Positions 1 through 9,941 are shown, counted from the stretch's first letter. The stretch is DNA of 64,000 nt from Cyanobacteria bacterium P01_F01_bin.150 (GCA_039189765.1 JBCCYL010000028.1:1-64000); one strand, 5' to 3'. Numbers and translations are program-made. Notes: generated by a model from the sequence alone, not told the origin.

Positions 1-127
1 CATTTGTACACAATGACGATCTGGGCGATTCTTATGATGTAAGCAGATCAAACCCATTTGCTTAAAGCTAAGTATATCAAAGCTTATAGAATATTGCCCT
101 CTCTGAAAATTAGGGGCGATTTAGGCC

Positions 128-295
128 ATGAAGATCTAGGTAGAAGAGGTACCAAACCTCAAAAAGTTGACAGCCAAAGGCTCCTTCTATCGAATTCGGA
201 TTGGAGATTATCGCATTGGCATCATCGTTACTGGAGACGTGGTCTCATTTATTCGAGTGCTGCATCGCAAAGATATGTACCGAAGTTTCTCATAG
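128..295 (+). pseudogene. Decayed RelE/ParE-family toxin remnant (not in the ORF track)
   Basis: The frame from ATG 128 reads MKI*VEEVPNLKKLTAKGSFYRIRIGDYRIGIIVTGDVVSFIRVLHRKDMYRSFS*. KKL..YRIRIGDYRIG..RVLHRKD.Y is the RelE C-terminal signature. The N-terminal helices are missing and there is a TAG at 137-139. Confidence 0.8.
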
Positions 296-306
296 AGGTC
301 TTCTGG

Positions 307-391
307 TTAGGCAACATCAGCGGTCAGTAACTCTAATTGTTTGGGAGAGGGTTGGCGAACGGACATTTTGTTGAGGGCATGGGCGATCGCC
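307..391. repeat. Direct repeat copy R1 = 3' end of the MTase gene, ending at HIP1
   Basis: ttaggcaacatcagcggtcag...ttgagggcatgggcgatcgcc; aligns without gaps to 1989-2059 and 3440-3524. Confidence 0.95.
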
Positions 392-1311
392 CCTCCCACA
401 TAAAACGCAACCGCAGGTGGCAGCGCATTCCCAATCTGCCGATACTGAGCCGTCTTCCCACCCACAAACTCCCAGCTATCTGGAAAATTCTGAAGTCGCG
501 CCACCATTCGCAACGTTAGACGCGGCAACAAGTCAACAGGAGCATCAGCACTAGGCGGATCATTGGCAATGCCTTTACCGTCTACCCCCAGTTCTAACCA
601 TTTTTGTTTGGCACGGGTGGGACCCAAATCCGCTCCACCGTGTTTTTTAGATCCACCGACAATGGTAGGGGCGATCGCATTTGCCTTTTGGAGCCAGGCT
701 TCTAACCCCAGCCAACCATTCACTCCCATCAGCTCACCAATCGTATCTGAGACAGTTGGAGGATTGGGAATAGGAACAGGCCACTCAAAAAACGGAACAT
801 ATTCTTTTTGGAGCGCCACTAAAAGAAAGCGAGGACGCAATTGGGGGACACCATAGTCCGATGCATTAAGGATTTTCCACTGAGTCACCATGCCCAGCGT
901 TTGCAATTCTGATGCCAGATAAGAACGATAATCGGTAAATTTCTTCGATGAAAAGCCCCGGACGTTCTCCAGCAAGATAGATTTAGGCCGTATCTGTTGG
1001 ATTAACCGCAGAGCATCTGGAAATAAATCTCGCTCATCATTATGTCCCTTTTGTTGCCCCGCAATGGAGAACGGGGGGCAAGGAACGCCTCCTGCAAACA
1101 AATCGACGTCAGCATAATCAACACCATTCAATAAACGAACATCCTGTAGCTTTGGGTTCCAGTGTGGACGATTGATTAATAACGTTTGATGGGTCTTAGC
1201 ATCATTGTCGAAGGTAGCAATATGCCGAAAACCAGCCTGTTCTAACCCCAAAGCCATACCACCTGCTCCTGCACAGATTTCAATGGATGTTAAAGGTTGT
1301 GTCACAGTCAT
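307..1311 (-). CDS. DNA (cytosine-5)-methyltransferase, M.NgoMIV/M.NaeI-like
   Basis: Motif I (ICAGAGG), catalytic PC (GVPCPPFS), ENV, PQLRPR and QIGNA are present. The TRD APTIVGGSKKHGGADLGPTRA is typical of GCCGGC-type MTases. ATG 1311 chosen as start (track starts at 1329). Confidence 0.93.
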   Translation of the reverse strand: MTVTQPLTSIEICAGAGGMALGLEQAGFRHIATFDNDAKTHQTLLINRPHWNPKLQDVRLLNGVDYADVDLFAGGVPCPPFSIAGQQKGHNDERDLFPDALRLIQQIRPKSILLENVRGFSSKKFTDYRSYLASELQTLGMVTQWKILNASDYGVPQLRPRFLLVALQKEYVPFFEWPVPIPNPPTVSDTIGELMGVNGWLGLEAWLQKANAIAPTIVGGSKKHGGADLGPTRAKQKWLELGVDGKGIANDPPSADAPVDLLPRLTLRMVARLQNFPDSWEFVGGKTAQYRQIGNALPPAVAFYVGGAIAHALNKMSVRQPSPKQLELLTADVA

Positions 1312-1460
1312 CTCCAGGGTAGTTATCAAAAGAAATCAAATGCTATAAGTGAAAAGCCATCAGCGGTTTGGGATTGTAAGGGAGCCGTTAGAACAGACGA
1401 TGATCTAGCCCACTCTACCGCAAATACTACGCTTGTACCAGTCAATGGGGATTAAGTTAT

Positions 1461-1943
1461 TTGGATGTAGAACTCGATCGGCTGTTTACCGCACTTGAAT
1501 CCATCAACAACTTTGAACAACGCTATGGCAAAGTGATTCGAGATGCCATGGATTATGTGATTGATGGGGAACGAATGGGGCGAACTCGGTTAGCCGAGGC
1601 AGAAAAAGCTGAAAAGACAATTTTTGGGATAAAAGTTGAAGCATATCTGCGCCATGAGTTTGGTTGGCCCAAGGGAGAAACCTTGGATTTTTATTGGGTT
1701 GATATTGAATTTGACTCCAAAGCAACGATTGGTAAAACATGGATGATTCCGCCTGAAGCGATCGGGCAATTATGCCTTCTTACCCGGATCAATGAAGATG
1801 ACCATTTCTTTCAGGCAGGTCTCCTTCGAGCCAATGTAGATAGGTTAACTAAAGGGAGCAATCAAGACAAGAAAAAGAGCGTATCTGCACTGGGGAAGAA
1901 ACATATTAAATGGCTGATTCCCAATGGGCATATTCCTCAGTAG
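1461..1943 (+). CDS. NaeI-family type II restriction endonuclease, Endo domain only (160 aa)
   Basis: DG.R.GR, EKT..G..VE..L..EF, D..K and WMIPPE.IG match the N-terminal endonuclease domain of NaeI; divergent from the MTase. Confidence 0.85.
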   Translation: MDVELDRLFTALESINNFEQRYGKVIRDAMDYVIDGERMGRTRLAEAEKAEKTIFGIKVEAYLRHEFGWPKGETLDFYWVDIEFDSKATIGKTWMIPPEAIGQLCLLTRINEDDHFFQAGLLRANVDRLTKGSNQDKKKSVSALGKKHIKWLIPNGHIPQ

Positions 1944-1988
1944 ACCTCAGGCCTAAAATGCGGAAATACAAGATTACTTTCACCTTTT

Positions 1989-2059
1989 GCAACATCAGCG
2001 GTCAGTCACTCTAATTTTTTAGGGGACGGTTAGCGAACAGGGATTGGGTTGAGGGCATG
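1989..2059. repeat. Direct repeat copy R2 (degenerate MTase 3' end)
   Basis: 11 mismatches in 71 nt versus 311-381; the minus-strand translation HALNPIPVR*PSPKKLE*LTADVA has two stops. Confidence 0.92.
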
Positions 2060-2076
2060 ACACAATGTAGAGAATA

Positions 2077-3381
2077 TTGGGAAATGTTGAATATAGCCTC
2101 AAGCAATCATCCTGGGAATATGTAGGTATGCGACAAGAAGTAGTTGAGCGTCTTCAAGTGCTGAGAATGGAAAAACTTGGTACAAGTTGGACCGATGGTT
2201 GGGTCTACGGACGGTTGATGGAAGAATTTGAGTTGCAGCCTGACGAACTAGAATTCTTATCAGAAAAACTAGGATTCAAGTATGGTTGGAATCCTGGACT
2301 GAAAGCCCTTCTAGAAGAGCAATGGCAACGACAGGGATCTATTTGGAAAGGAATACAAAAAACGGTTGCAGCTCAAAACCAAGTAAAACCACCGTCACCA
2401 TCTAGAGCGAGACCATCGTCACCATCTAGAGCAAGACCATCGTCACCATCTAGAGCGAAACCATCCTTAAATCAAACGCGTAAACCATCATCTCAAGTCA
2501 CTCCTCAGAAAACTAAAGTAACGACCAGAAAGCGGAATAACAGTGAGGATGAGCTGCAGAAATCTTTAGAGCAACTGCATTCACTCGTTGGCTTGGATGC
2601 TGTGAAATCAACCGTTCAGGAATTGGTCAACATTGCAAAAGTGGCAAAGATGCAAGCTCAAGTTGGCATTAAAGCGCCTTCAATTACCCGGCACCTTGTG
2701 TTTACCGGTAATCCTGGCACGGGTAAAACCACCATCGCCAGACTGCTTGGCAACATCTATAAGAATCTTGGGGTTTTATCCAAAGGACATTTTACGGAAG
2801 TCGACCGGAGCACGTTAGTTGCAGAATATGTTGGGCAAACAGCCCCCAAAACATCGCAAGCGGTTCAGGACGCCTTGGGTGGCATTCTCTTTATTGATGA
2901 AGCCTATGCCCTTGTCCCCGACGGCAGACCTGACACCTTTGGCCAAGAGGCGGTCAATACACTGTTGAAGATGATGGAAGATCACCGGGACGATCTAGTG
3001 GTGATTGTCGCGGGCTATAAGGATGAGATGAGCCGTTTTATTGGCTCAAACCCCGGATTGAAATCTCGATTTGCCAGATCAGTTCACTTTGCAGATTATG
3101 CTCCGTCCGAACTGACTGAAATTTTCAAAATGCAATATGAGCAAAATGGATATTTATGTCCAGATGAATCGCTAGAAAGCTTACATCGCTTGGTCTGTGA
3201 ATTTGAAGGGCGAGTTGGGGAACTGGGAAATGGACGATTTGTTAGAAATATTTTTGATCGCTGTATTGCGCTTCAATGTGGCCGTTTAGCAGCTTTAGCT
3301 CAACCCACAAAGGAGGATTTGAGAACTTTTCTGCCCACTGATATTCCTACTTCTGAACAACTTTCCCAATCCCTTCTTTGA
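2077..3381 (+). CDS. SpoVK/CbbX(CfxQ)-family AAA+ ATPase with an uncharacterised N-terminal domain
   Basis: LVGLDAVK, Walker A GNPGTGKT, YVGQTAPKT, Walker B LFIDEAY, NPGLKSRF, GNGRFVRN. Alternative start ATG 2128. Confidence 0.9.
   Translation: MGNVEYSLKQSSWEYVGMRQEVVERLQVLRMEKLGTSWTDGWVYGRLMEEFELQPDELEFLSEKLGFKYGWNPGLKALLEEQWQRQGSIWKGIQKTVAAQNQVKPPSPSRARPSSPSRARPSSPSRAKPSLNQTRKPSSQVTPQKTKVTTRKRNNSEDELQKSLEQLHSLVGLDAVKSTVQELVNIAKVAKMQAQVGIKAPSITRHLVFTGNPGTGKTTIARLLGNIYKNLGVLSKGHFTEVDRSTLVAEYVGQTAPKTSQAVQDALGGILFIDEAYALVPDGRPDTFGQEAVNTLLKMMEDHRDDLVVIVAGYKDEMSRFIGSNPGLKSRFARSVHFADYAPSELTEIFKMQYEQNGYLCPDESLESLHRLVCEFEGRVGELGNGRFVRNIFDRCIALQCGRLAALAQPTKEDLRTFLPTDIPTSEQLSQSLL
2389..2465 (+). repeat. 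24-bp tandem repeat (about 3.2 units) encoding a PSSPSRAR linker
   Basis: ccaccgtcaccatctagagcgaga / ccatcgtcaccatctagagcaaga / ccatcgtcaccatctagagcgaaa. Confidence 0.95.
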
Positions 3382-3439
3382 TATGCGGGGGAGGGCGATC
3401 GCCATTCTAACGTCCATAAATAAAAGACCATTTTGCACA

Positions 3440-3526
3440 TCAGGCAACATCAGCAGTCAATAGCTCTAATTGTTTGGGGGATGGTTGGCGAATAGAAATT
3501 TTGTTGAGGGCGTGGGCGATCGCCAT
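3440..3526 (-). repeat. Direct repeat copy R3 (MTase 3' end); also an intact 28-codon micro-ORF
   Basis: The minus strand reads MAIAHALNKISIRQPSPKQLELLTADVA*; 10 mismatches in 85 nt versus R1, 8 of them synonymous. Confidence 0.93.
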
Positions 3527-3540
3527 TTGTAATGCCAAGA

Positions 3541-4248
3541 CTAGATTTCAAAATTAAAGCCCTTTTGCTTTAGCTGTTCATACTTCTGCCGATCAAATGC
3601 ATAGAGCTTTGCGGCTCGATGGGGAGCATTGACCTGAAATTCATCTAGCTCTCGAAGCAACTCCATTTTGAGGAACTTTTTGCGGAAATTACGTTTATCC
3701 AGTTCAATTCCCAAAACCGTTTCATACAGCTTTTGAAGCTGAAAAAAAGTAAACTTCTCAGGCAATAGCTCAAATCCAATCGGCTCATAGCGCACTTTAC
3801 CCCGCAATCGCGCCAAAGCCGCTGCCAAGATTTGAGGATGGTCAAAGGCGATCGCTGGAACCCTATTCACCTCAAACCAAGCCGCCTGACTAGCATCCGT
3901 TGCCGCTTGAACCGTATAGTCCTGTAAGTTAACCAGCGCATAATAGGCAACCGTAACAACGCGATCGCGTGGGTCTCGTTCCACCGCCCCAAACGTATAT
4001 AGCTGCTCTAGAAAAACCTCCTCCAAACCAGTTTCTTCCCGTAGTTCCCGCCGGGCCGCATCTTCCAGTGACTCCTCTACCCGGACAAAGCCCCCTGGTA
4101 ATGCCCACTCCCCTTCAAACGGTGGCAGTTTACGCTGGATTAACAACACCTTCAAACTATGCTGTTCATCCAGACCAAACACCACACAGTCAACCGTCAG
4201 GGCAGGGCGAGGATACTCATATTCATGAGGCAATACAGCATTCGTCAT
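3541..4248 (-). CDS. nrtR: NrtR-family NUDIX/wHTH transcriptional regulator
   Basis: Nudix box [25 protein letters not shown], and C-terminal wHTH motif LDKRNFRKK. Confidence 0.88.
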   Translation of the reverse strand: MTNAVLPHEYEYPRPALTVDCVVFGLDEQHSLKVLLIQRKLPPFEGEWALPGGFVRVEESLEDAARRELREETGLEEVFLEQLYTFGAVERDPRDRVVTVAYYALVNLQDYTVQAATDASQAAWFEVNRVPAIAFDHPQILAAALARLRGKVRYEPIGFELLPEKFTFFQLQKLYETVLGIELDKRNFRKKFLKMELLRELDEFQVNAPHRAAKLYAFDRQKYEQLKQKGFNFEI

Positions 4249-4307
4249 ACCTATTTCAGTTATCTATCACGTCTTACCGCCCACGAGCCAATACTGACTA
4301 TCCATAC

Positions 4308-5207
4308 TCAACTACGGCGAATATTCAAACAACACCATTCCTTCCGTTTCCACAGGGTCGCCACCACCCAACCATGTTGCTCTAATGAGTCTGCCACCAT
4401 TTTTGCTTGGTCTACTAAAATACCGCTAAGAATCGCCCAAGTGGTGGGTTTAGAAATCTCTGCCATATTAGGAATTAGCTGGATAATTGTTTCTGCCAAA
4501 ATATTGCAGATAATTCCATCCACAGGCTCCGCCAGATTATCCATCAGATAGTCGAGACTACCGTCATTTACAATGACTTGGGACGCACTCACGTTATTCA
4601 TCGCACAATTTTCCATCGACGCCTTAGTCGCCAGCGGATCGATGTCCACAGCGTGGACCATTTTGGCCCCCAAAAGCACCGCACCAATGGACAAAATGCC
4701 AGACCCACAGCCAATATCCGCCAGCACTAAATCTTTGGCGGCGTCTTGAGAAAAAAGTCTCATTTCTAAAGACTCCAGGCAGAGTTGAGTCGTTGCGTGG
4801 TTGCCAGTGCCAAATGCAGTCCCCGGATCTAGCTTGATAATGAGGCGATCGGTAGTTTCGGGTAAGGGGATCCAAGCGGGATTTATGAGGAAGCGATCGC
4901 CAATTTCCTCAATACTCCAATACTGTTTCCAGCTAGTAGACCAATCTTCCTCATCAATTAACCCCCATTTCACATCTGGCTGAGATAGCTGGGAGCAAAG
5001 GGCATCTTGCTTCAGAGCTAAAGCCAAGGCCGCTAAATCTAGAGAATGGGCCTGAATCTTCGGCACGTATGCCTTCAAAAGACAAAGAGTATCTCGTATT
5101 TCACTTACGGTTCCCTTACACCCAAATCCTTCCAGACGCCAGAAGACTAAATCTTCCGCTTCCGGATCACAGACAACCTGAATTTCCCACCAGCTATTAT
5201 TTACCAA
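4308..5207 (-). CDS. prmA: Ribosomal protein L11 methyltransferase
   Basis: EEDW...[32 protein letters not shown]. Confidence 0.96.
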   Translation of the reverse strand: MVNNSWWEIQVVCDPEAEDLVFWRLEGFGCKGTVSEIRDTLCLLKAYVPKIQAHSLDLAALALALKQDALCSQLSQPDVKWGLIDEEDWSTSWKQYWSIEEIGDRFLINPAWIPLPETTDRLIIKLDPGTAFGTGNHATTQLCLESLEMRLFSQDAAKDLVLADIGCGSGILSIGAVLLGAKMVHAVDIDPLATKASMENCAMNNVSASQVIVNDGSLDYLMDNLAEPVDGIICNILAETIIQLIPNMAEISKPTTWAILSGILVDQAKMVADSLEQHGWVVATLWKRKEWCCLNIRRS

Positions 5208-5443
5208 TTTGTCTACCGTAGCCTGTTACTACCTACTGCATCTTCAAGGGGTAATTTTGAGGTAAACCCCGAGGGCTTCACCTCAATTTTTAAAGTTATT
5301 ACTATCCGACTTATCTCTTCATCAATCCATGCACCACAAAGACGCAAGGAACATCAAACACCAACACTCAAGAGACTGTCGTTGTCATCTACCACATCTG
5401 CATCTTTGTGACTTAGTCTATTAAATAAATGACCTCATGACCT

Positions 5444-7030
5444 TTAAGTCTGCAATGTCACCGTGTATGCATCACGAATTCCAGGCACCTTCATAATTTC
5501 CTCTAAAATGCCCTCTGGTAATGGATCATCCATATTAAGGACCATCACAGCATCTCCACGGACAATCTTACGTCCGACTTGCATACTGGCAATATTGACA
5601 TTGAAGCTACCCAGCAGAGACCCAATCTTACCGATAATACCTGGCATATCACGGTGCAGGGTAAAGAGCATGTAACGATTGGGGGGAACATTGATAGGGA
5701 ATCCGTCAATATTGGTAATGCGAATTTCGTTATCCCCCAGCAGAGAGCCTGTCACAGAGTGAATGCCCAACGTTCCTTCAGCGGTGAGGTGTAGTGATCC
5801 AGAATAGTCTTTAATACTGGCATCTCGGGTCTCGGTTACATGAATCCCTCGCTCCTTCGCTTCAATCCGAGCATTAACATAATTCACGCGCTCTTGCAAG
5901 GCATGGGACAGCAATCCCTTTAATGAAGCAATGACCACCGCTTGACTGTCGTTAGATGCCAGTTCACCCTGAAGCTTCACATCAAACGATTGCAGCCGAC
6001 CACCAGCCAATTGACTCACTAACGTGCCCAAGGTTTCTGCCAATGATAAATAGGGGCGTAGCTTTTCCAGGACATCGGGTCTCAACCCAGGGATGTTAAC
6101 GGCTGAACGTGCAGGCAATCCTAATAAGACATCGCGAATTTGCTCTGCCACATCAATGGCAACATTCACCTGGGCCTCTTCAGTCGAAGCCCCCAGGTGA
6201 GGCGTTAAAACAATGTCCTCCTCTAACGCCGTGAGAGGAGAATCGCCTAAAGGCTCACTTTCATAAACATCCAGAGCGGCTCCTGCAATCTTACCCGCCT
6301 TCAATGCGTCCGCCAAATCATTCTCATCAATGATGCCGCCTCGGGCACAGTTAACAATACGAGCCGTTGGCTTCATTTTGTCGAAAGCTGCTGAATTGAT
6401 CATGTGTAGCGTTTCGGGTGTTTTAGGTAAGTGCAGAGTAATATAGTCTGCCTCTCTGAACAGCACATCCAGATCCACCAGTTGGCACCCAAGCTGCTCT
6501 GCTCGCTCGGTAGAAAGAAATGGGTCGTAGGCTAACAACCTCATTCCCATAGCCCGAGCAATGGTGGCAACATGGGCTCCGATCTTGCCTAAACCCACCA
6601 CACCCAAGGTTTTTTTATAGACTTCAACTCCTGTAAATTTTTTCCGATCCCACTTCCCCGATTTGATAGACCGATTTGCATCTGGGATATGCCGGGATAG
6701 AGACAGCATCATTGCCACCGCATGCTCCGCAGCAGCAACCGTATTGCCTTCTGGGGAGTTGACCACTAATATCCCCTGACGGGTGGCCATTTGAACATCT
6801 ACGTTATCCACGCCAACACCAGCCCGGCCAATAATTTTAAGATTCTTGCCTGCCTCAATGACCGCCTGGGTCACCTGAGTTCCAGAGCGAATCATCAGGG
6901 CATCGTAATCTGGGATTAGCTTGATCAATTCCTCTTCAGACAGCTTGGTCTTCACATCAACGTGAGCAACCTGAGAGATAATATCAATTCCCTCTTGAGC
7001 AATGGGGTCAGAGACAAGAACCTTAGACAT
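5444..7030 (-). CDS. serA: D-3-phosphoglycerate dehydrogenase
   Basis: GRAGVGVDNVD, GLGKIG, TPHLGAST, C-terminal ACT domain. Confidence 0.97.
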   Translation of the reverse strand: MSKVLVSDPIAQEGIDIISQVAHVDVKTKLSEEELIKLIPDYDALMIRSGTQVTQAVIEAGKNLKIIGRAGVGVDNVDVQMATRQGILVVNSPEGNTVAAAEHAVAMMLSLSRHIPDANRSIKSGKWDRKKFTGVEVYKKTLGVVGLGKIGAHVATIARAMGMRLLAYDPFLSTERAEQLGCQLVDLDVLFREADYITLHLPKTPETLHMINSAAFDKMKPTARIVNCARGGIIDENDLADALKAGKIAGAALDVYESEPLGDSPLTALEEDIVLTPHLGASTEEAQVNVAIDVAEQIRDVLLGLPARSAVNIPGLRPDVLEKLRPYLSLAETLGTLVSQLAGGRLQSFDVKLQGELASNDSQAVVIASLKGLLSHALQERVNYVNARIEAKERGIHVTETRDASIKDYSGSLHLTAEGTLGIHSVTGSLLGDNEIRITNIDGFPINVPPNRYMLFTLHRDMPGIIGKIGSLLGSFNVNIASMQVGRKIVRGDAVMVLNMDDPLPEGILEEIMKVPGIRDAYTVTLQT

Positions 7031-7209
7031 AATGCAAATAGAGAGTTAGTCCAGCGTTTTTACAGAAGGTAATTCTACTGCAAAGCCGGACCAACCCCTA
7101 TGTTAGTAAGGGAAGTCTTTGGGATTGAAGTGAAAGCCTCATCTATCTAACCAGACAATTCTTCACATCATCAATAATCAATCTTGTCAGCAGGGGGGGT
7201 ATCTAGCCA

Positions 7210-7521
7210 TCAATCAAGCAGCCATTCAGAGGCGCGCGCACCCAAAACAATGGGAACACTTACGGCAACACCTATGCGAGGTCGACTGTTTGTTTGTTCA
7301 ATAAACTGACGAACATACTCATCACTTTCCCATGCACTAATATAGCCTCCCACAACGTTTAGATGATCTATATACTGCTCTTCAGTCAAGGGAAAGGACT
7401 TTTGTTCTAGATACCGCCACATTACTTGTAGCCAACATTTATTCTGGCCACGCTTGAGCTGCACATCAAACGAAACCCCCCACTTTCCTACAATTAGCTG
7501 CTGCAATTCTTCACCTGTCAT
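7210..7521 (-). CDS. DUF3067-family protein
   Basis: KWG.S.DVQ, QVMWRYLEQ.SFPL, PR.G.AVS.P; usual neighbour of petC in cyanobacteria. Confidence 0.85.
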   Translation of the reverse strand: MTGEELQQLIVGKWGVSFDVQLKRGQNKCWLQVMWRYLEQKSFPLTEEQYIDHLNVVGGYISAWESDEYVRQFIEQTNSRPRIGVAVSVPIVLGARASEWLLD

Positions 7522-8252
7522 ACTGCGTCCCCGAATTTCCTGTGCGATACTTACCGTTTTTCTACTTTCTAAACTAATGGTCAGACTCAGCGCTCACCAC
7601 TTTAAAGCGCTATTTACCCAAACCCTGATTTATGTCGCCCGAACTAAAAATACATCGGACATTTAATCCATGGATACATCACAGGACACAGATCTTTTGT
7701 TGAGAATTATATCTAATTAAATTCTATCCACCCACAACACGCTTAGAGTGGGAATGAGTAAATTCATACGCACCAAAGATAACTGAATTTTCTTTGTCTC
7801 CCAAGAGTATCCTTTACTACAAAAAGCAACGAACACTTCTCAACGGTTTGCATAGGAGCAATTATTGCTTTTTGTCAAGTCAAAACTGTAACTATTAATG
7901 TAGATATTTTTCAAAATATTGATTTATGTTAAATAGGTTTATAATTTGCTTCATTTTTCTTCATATCGTTAATATAGTCAACGATTTTCGGAGACACTAA
8001 AGAAACTAAGCAACCGCATCAGCACATCTAATAGATGTTCAAGCTCGCCTAATGTTATGTTCAACAGGTTCTTATTGTCTTCCCTTGTTATCAAGTGTGT
8101 TGAAAGGTTCTGTTAAAGGGACTTCTCAGTATTGTTGAAGGTTATACAGTTGAGTCTGAGTATTCAGGTTTAATCAGTTAGGCCTGGGGATCGTAACTAA
8201 CTGCTTTAGGCTTGATGATGCTTCTCACTAGACAGGAAGGTTCTTTAAGATT

Positions 8253-8795
8253 ATGGCTCAAGCTTCTGGCACTCCTGACGTGCCCGATATGGGACGTCGC
8301 CAGTTTATGAACTTGTTGACTTTTGGGACGATTAGTGGCACCGCATTGGGTGCCCTGTATCCCGTTGTCAAATATTTTTTACCCGCATCCAGTGGAGGGG
8401 CAGGTGGCGGGTTACTCGCTAAAGATGCTATTGGGAACGACATTCTTGTTAGTGACTTTTTAGCCGAGCATTCCGTTGGTGAAAGGAGTCTGGCCCAAGG
8501 ACTGAAAGGGGATCCCACTTACATCGTTGTGGAGAATGAAGGAGAAATTGCTAGCTACGGTATCAGTGCAGTTTGTACGCATTTAGGATGCGTTGTTCCT
8601 TGGAATACCGCTGAAAATAAGTTTATGTGTCCCTGTCATGGTTCTCAGTACAACAGTCAAGGTAAGGTTGTTCGCGGTCCTGCGCCGTTGTCTTTAGCGC
8701 TGGCCCATGCTGACGTTACTGAGGACGGCAAAATTTCCCTGACTCCTTGGACAGAAACGGATTTTCGGACTGGAGAAAGTCCCTGGTGGTCATAG
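8253..8795 (+). CDS. petC: Cytochrome b6f Rieske iron-sulfur subunit
   Basis: Tat motif RRQF, CTHLGC and CPCHGS. Confidence 0.98.
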   Translation: MAQASGTPDVPDMGRRQFMNLLTFGTISGTALGALYPVVKYFLPASSGGAGGGLLAKDAIGNDILVSDFLAEHSVGERSLAQGLKGDPTYIVVENEGEIASYGISAVCTHLGCVVPWNTAENKFMCPCHGSQYNSQGKVVRGPAPLSLALAHADVTEDGKISLTPWTETDFRTGESPWWS

Positions 8796-8869
8796 GAATC
8801 GTACTGACGAGAGTTTAGATCTCCCCTTATTGTCTATTGCACTTTTTTGAGATTAAGCATTTATTATCC

Positions 8870-9856
8870 ATGAACGTTGAAGTTTGGTCAGCTCTTTTGG
8901 CTAGAGTTCACAGGGCCATAGCTGCGAGCCACTTAGTGATCATCATCGCTATTTCCCTATTTTTTGCAGGCGATGTAATTGTTCCTCAAGCTGCGGCGGC
9001 GTATCCTTTTTGGGCTCAGCAAAACTATGAGACACCTCGTGAAGCAACAGGACGCATTGTTTGTGCAAACTGTCACTTGGCAGCTAAGCCGACTGAAGTA
9101 GAAGTTCCTCAGGCCGTCCTTCCGGACACTGTATTCAAGGCAGTTGTGAATATTCCCTATGATCATGATGTTCAGCAGCTTCAGGGGGATGGTTCAAAAG
9201 GTCCATTGAATGTGGGTGCCGTAATGGTCTTACCGGACGGCTTTACCCTCGCACCGGAAGATCGCATTCCTGAAGAAATGAAGGAGGAAGTCGCACCCAA
9301 CTATGTATTTGCGGAGTACAGTCCTGAGAATCCTAATATTCTAGTGGCTGGTCCTTTACCAGGTGATACGTACGAGGAGATTGTCTTCCCAGTTCTTTCG
9401 CCTAACCCGGCGGATGGCGAGGCTTCATTTGGTAAGTATCAGATCCATGTCGGAGGTAATAGGGGCCGTGGCCAGGTTTACCCCACAGGGGATCAAAGCA
9501 ACAATGGCATTTTTGCCTCGACTGTAGTTGGAACGGTTGATGACATTACGAAGGCAGAGGATGGAAGTACGGAAATACTCGTTAAGACTGCCGATGGAGA
9601 AATTGTTACTCAGTCCGTTCCCCCTGGTCCTAGTTTGCTTGTAGCTAAGGGAGATGAGATTATTGCTGGTACTCCGTTGACTGATAATCCTAATGTAGGT
9701 GGATTTGGTCAAAGGGATGCTGAAATTGTTCTACAGAACCCTACTCGCATTAAGGGACTGATGGCCTTTATTTCCGCGATTATGCTGTCGCAAATCTTTT
9801 TAGTCCTTAAGAAGAAGCAGATTGAGCGAGTTCAGGCTGCTGAGATGAACTTTTAG
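8870..9856 (+). CDS. petA: Apocytochrome f
   Basis: YPFWAQQ, CANCH heme motif, [17 protein letters not shown] 8870 preferred over TTG 8837. Confidence 0.98.
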   Translation: MNVEVWSALLARVHRAIAASHLVIIIAISLFFAGDVIVPQAAAAYPFWAQQNYETPREATGRIVCANCHLAAKPTEVEVPQAVLPDTVFKAVVNIPYDHDVQQLQGDGSKGPLNVGAVMVLPDGFTLAPEDRIPEEMKEEVAPNYVFAEYSPENPNILVAGPLPGDTYEEIVFPVLSPNPADGEASFGKYQIHVGGNRGRGQVYPTGDQSNNGIFASTVVGTVDDITKAEDGSTEILVKTADGEIVTQSVPPGPSLLVAKGDEIIAGTPLTDNPNVGGFGQRDAEIVLQNPTRIKGLMAFISAIMLSQIFLVLKKKQIERVQAAEMNF

Positions 9857-9909
9857 AACGAGAATAGCTTTACCATTATCTCTTGGGAGTGAGTGCCAAG
9901 AGCATTCTG

Positions 9910-9941
9910 AAAGGGCGCTTTATTGTGAAGCGTCCTTTTTT
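9910..9941 (+). terminator. Intrinsic terminator after petCA
   Basis: aaagggcgctt-tattgtg-aagcgtccttttt hairpin followed by a T-run. Confidence 0.8.

Noticed and set aside
58..330. 90-aa ORF in the track
   Set aside because: No recognisable motifs; the RelE-like signal is in a different frame (128-295).
2077..3381. cbbX (Rubisco activase) gene call
   Set aside because: No Rubisco genes are nearby and the N-terminal domain is unrelated; only family-level similarity is supported.
307..3524. CRISPR array or integron attC array interpretation of R1-R3
   Set aside because: Spacing is 1.4-1.6 kb, the repeats are protein-coding in origin, lack attC RYYYAAC/GTTRRRY palindromic ends, and no cas or intI gene is present.
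7522..8252. ncRNA or tRNA in the long DUF3067-petC intergenic region
   Set aside because: AT-rich promoter-like DNA with no cloverleaf or known RNA motif visible.
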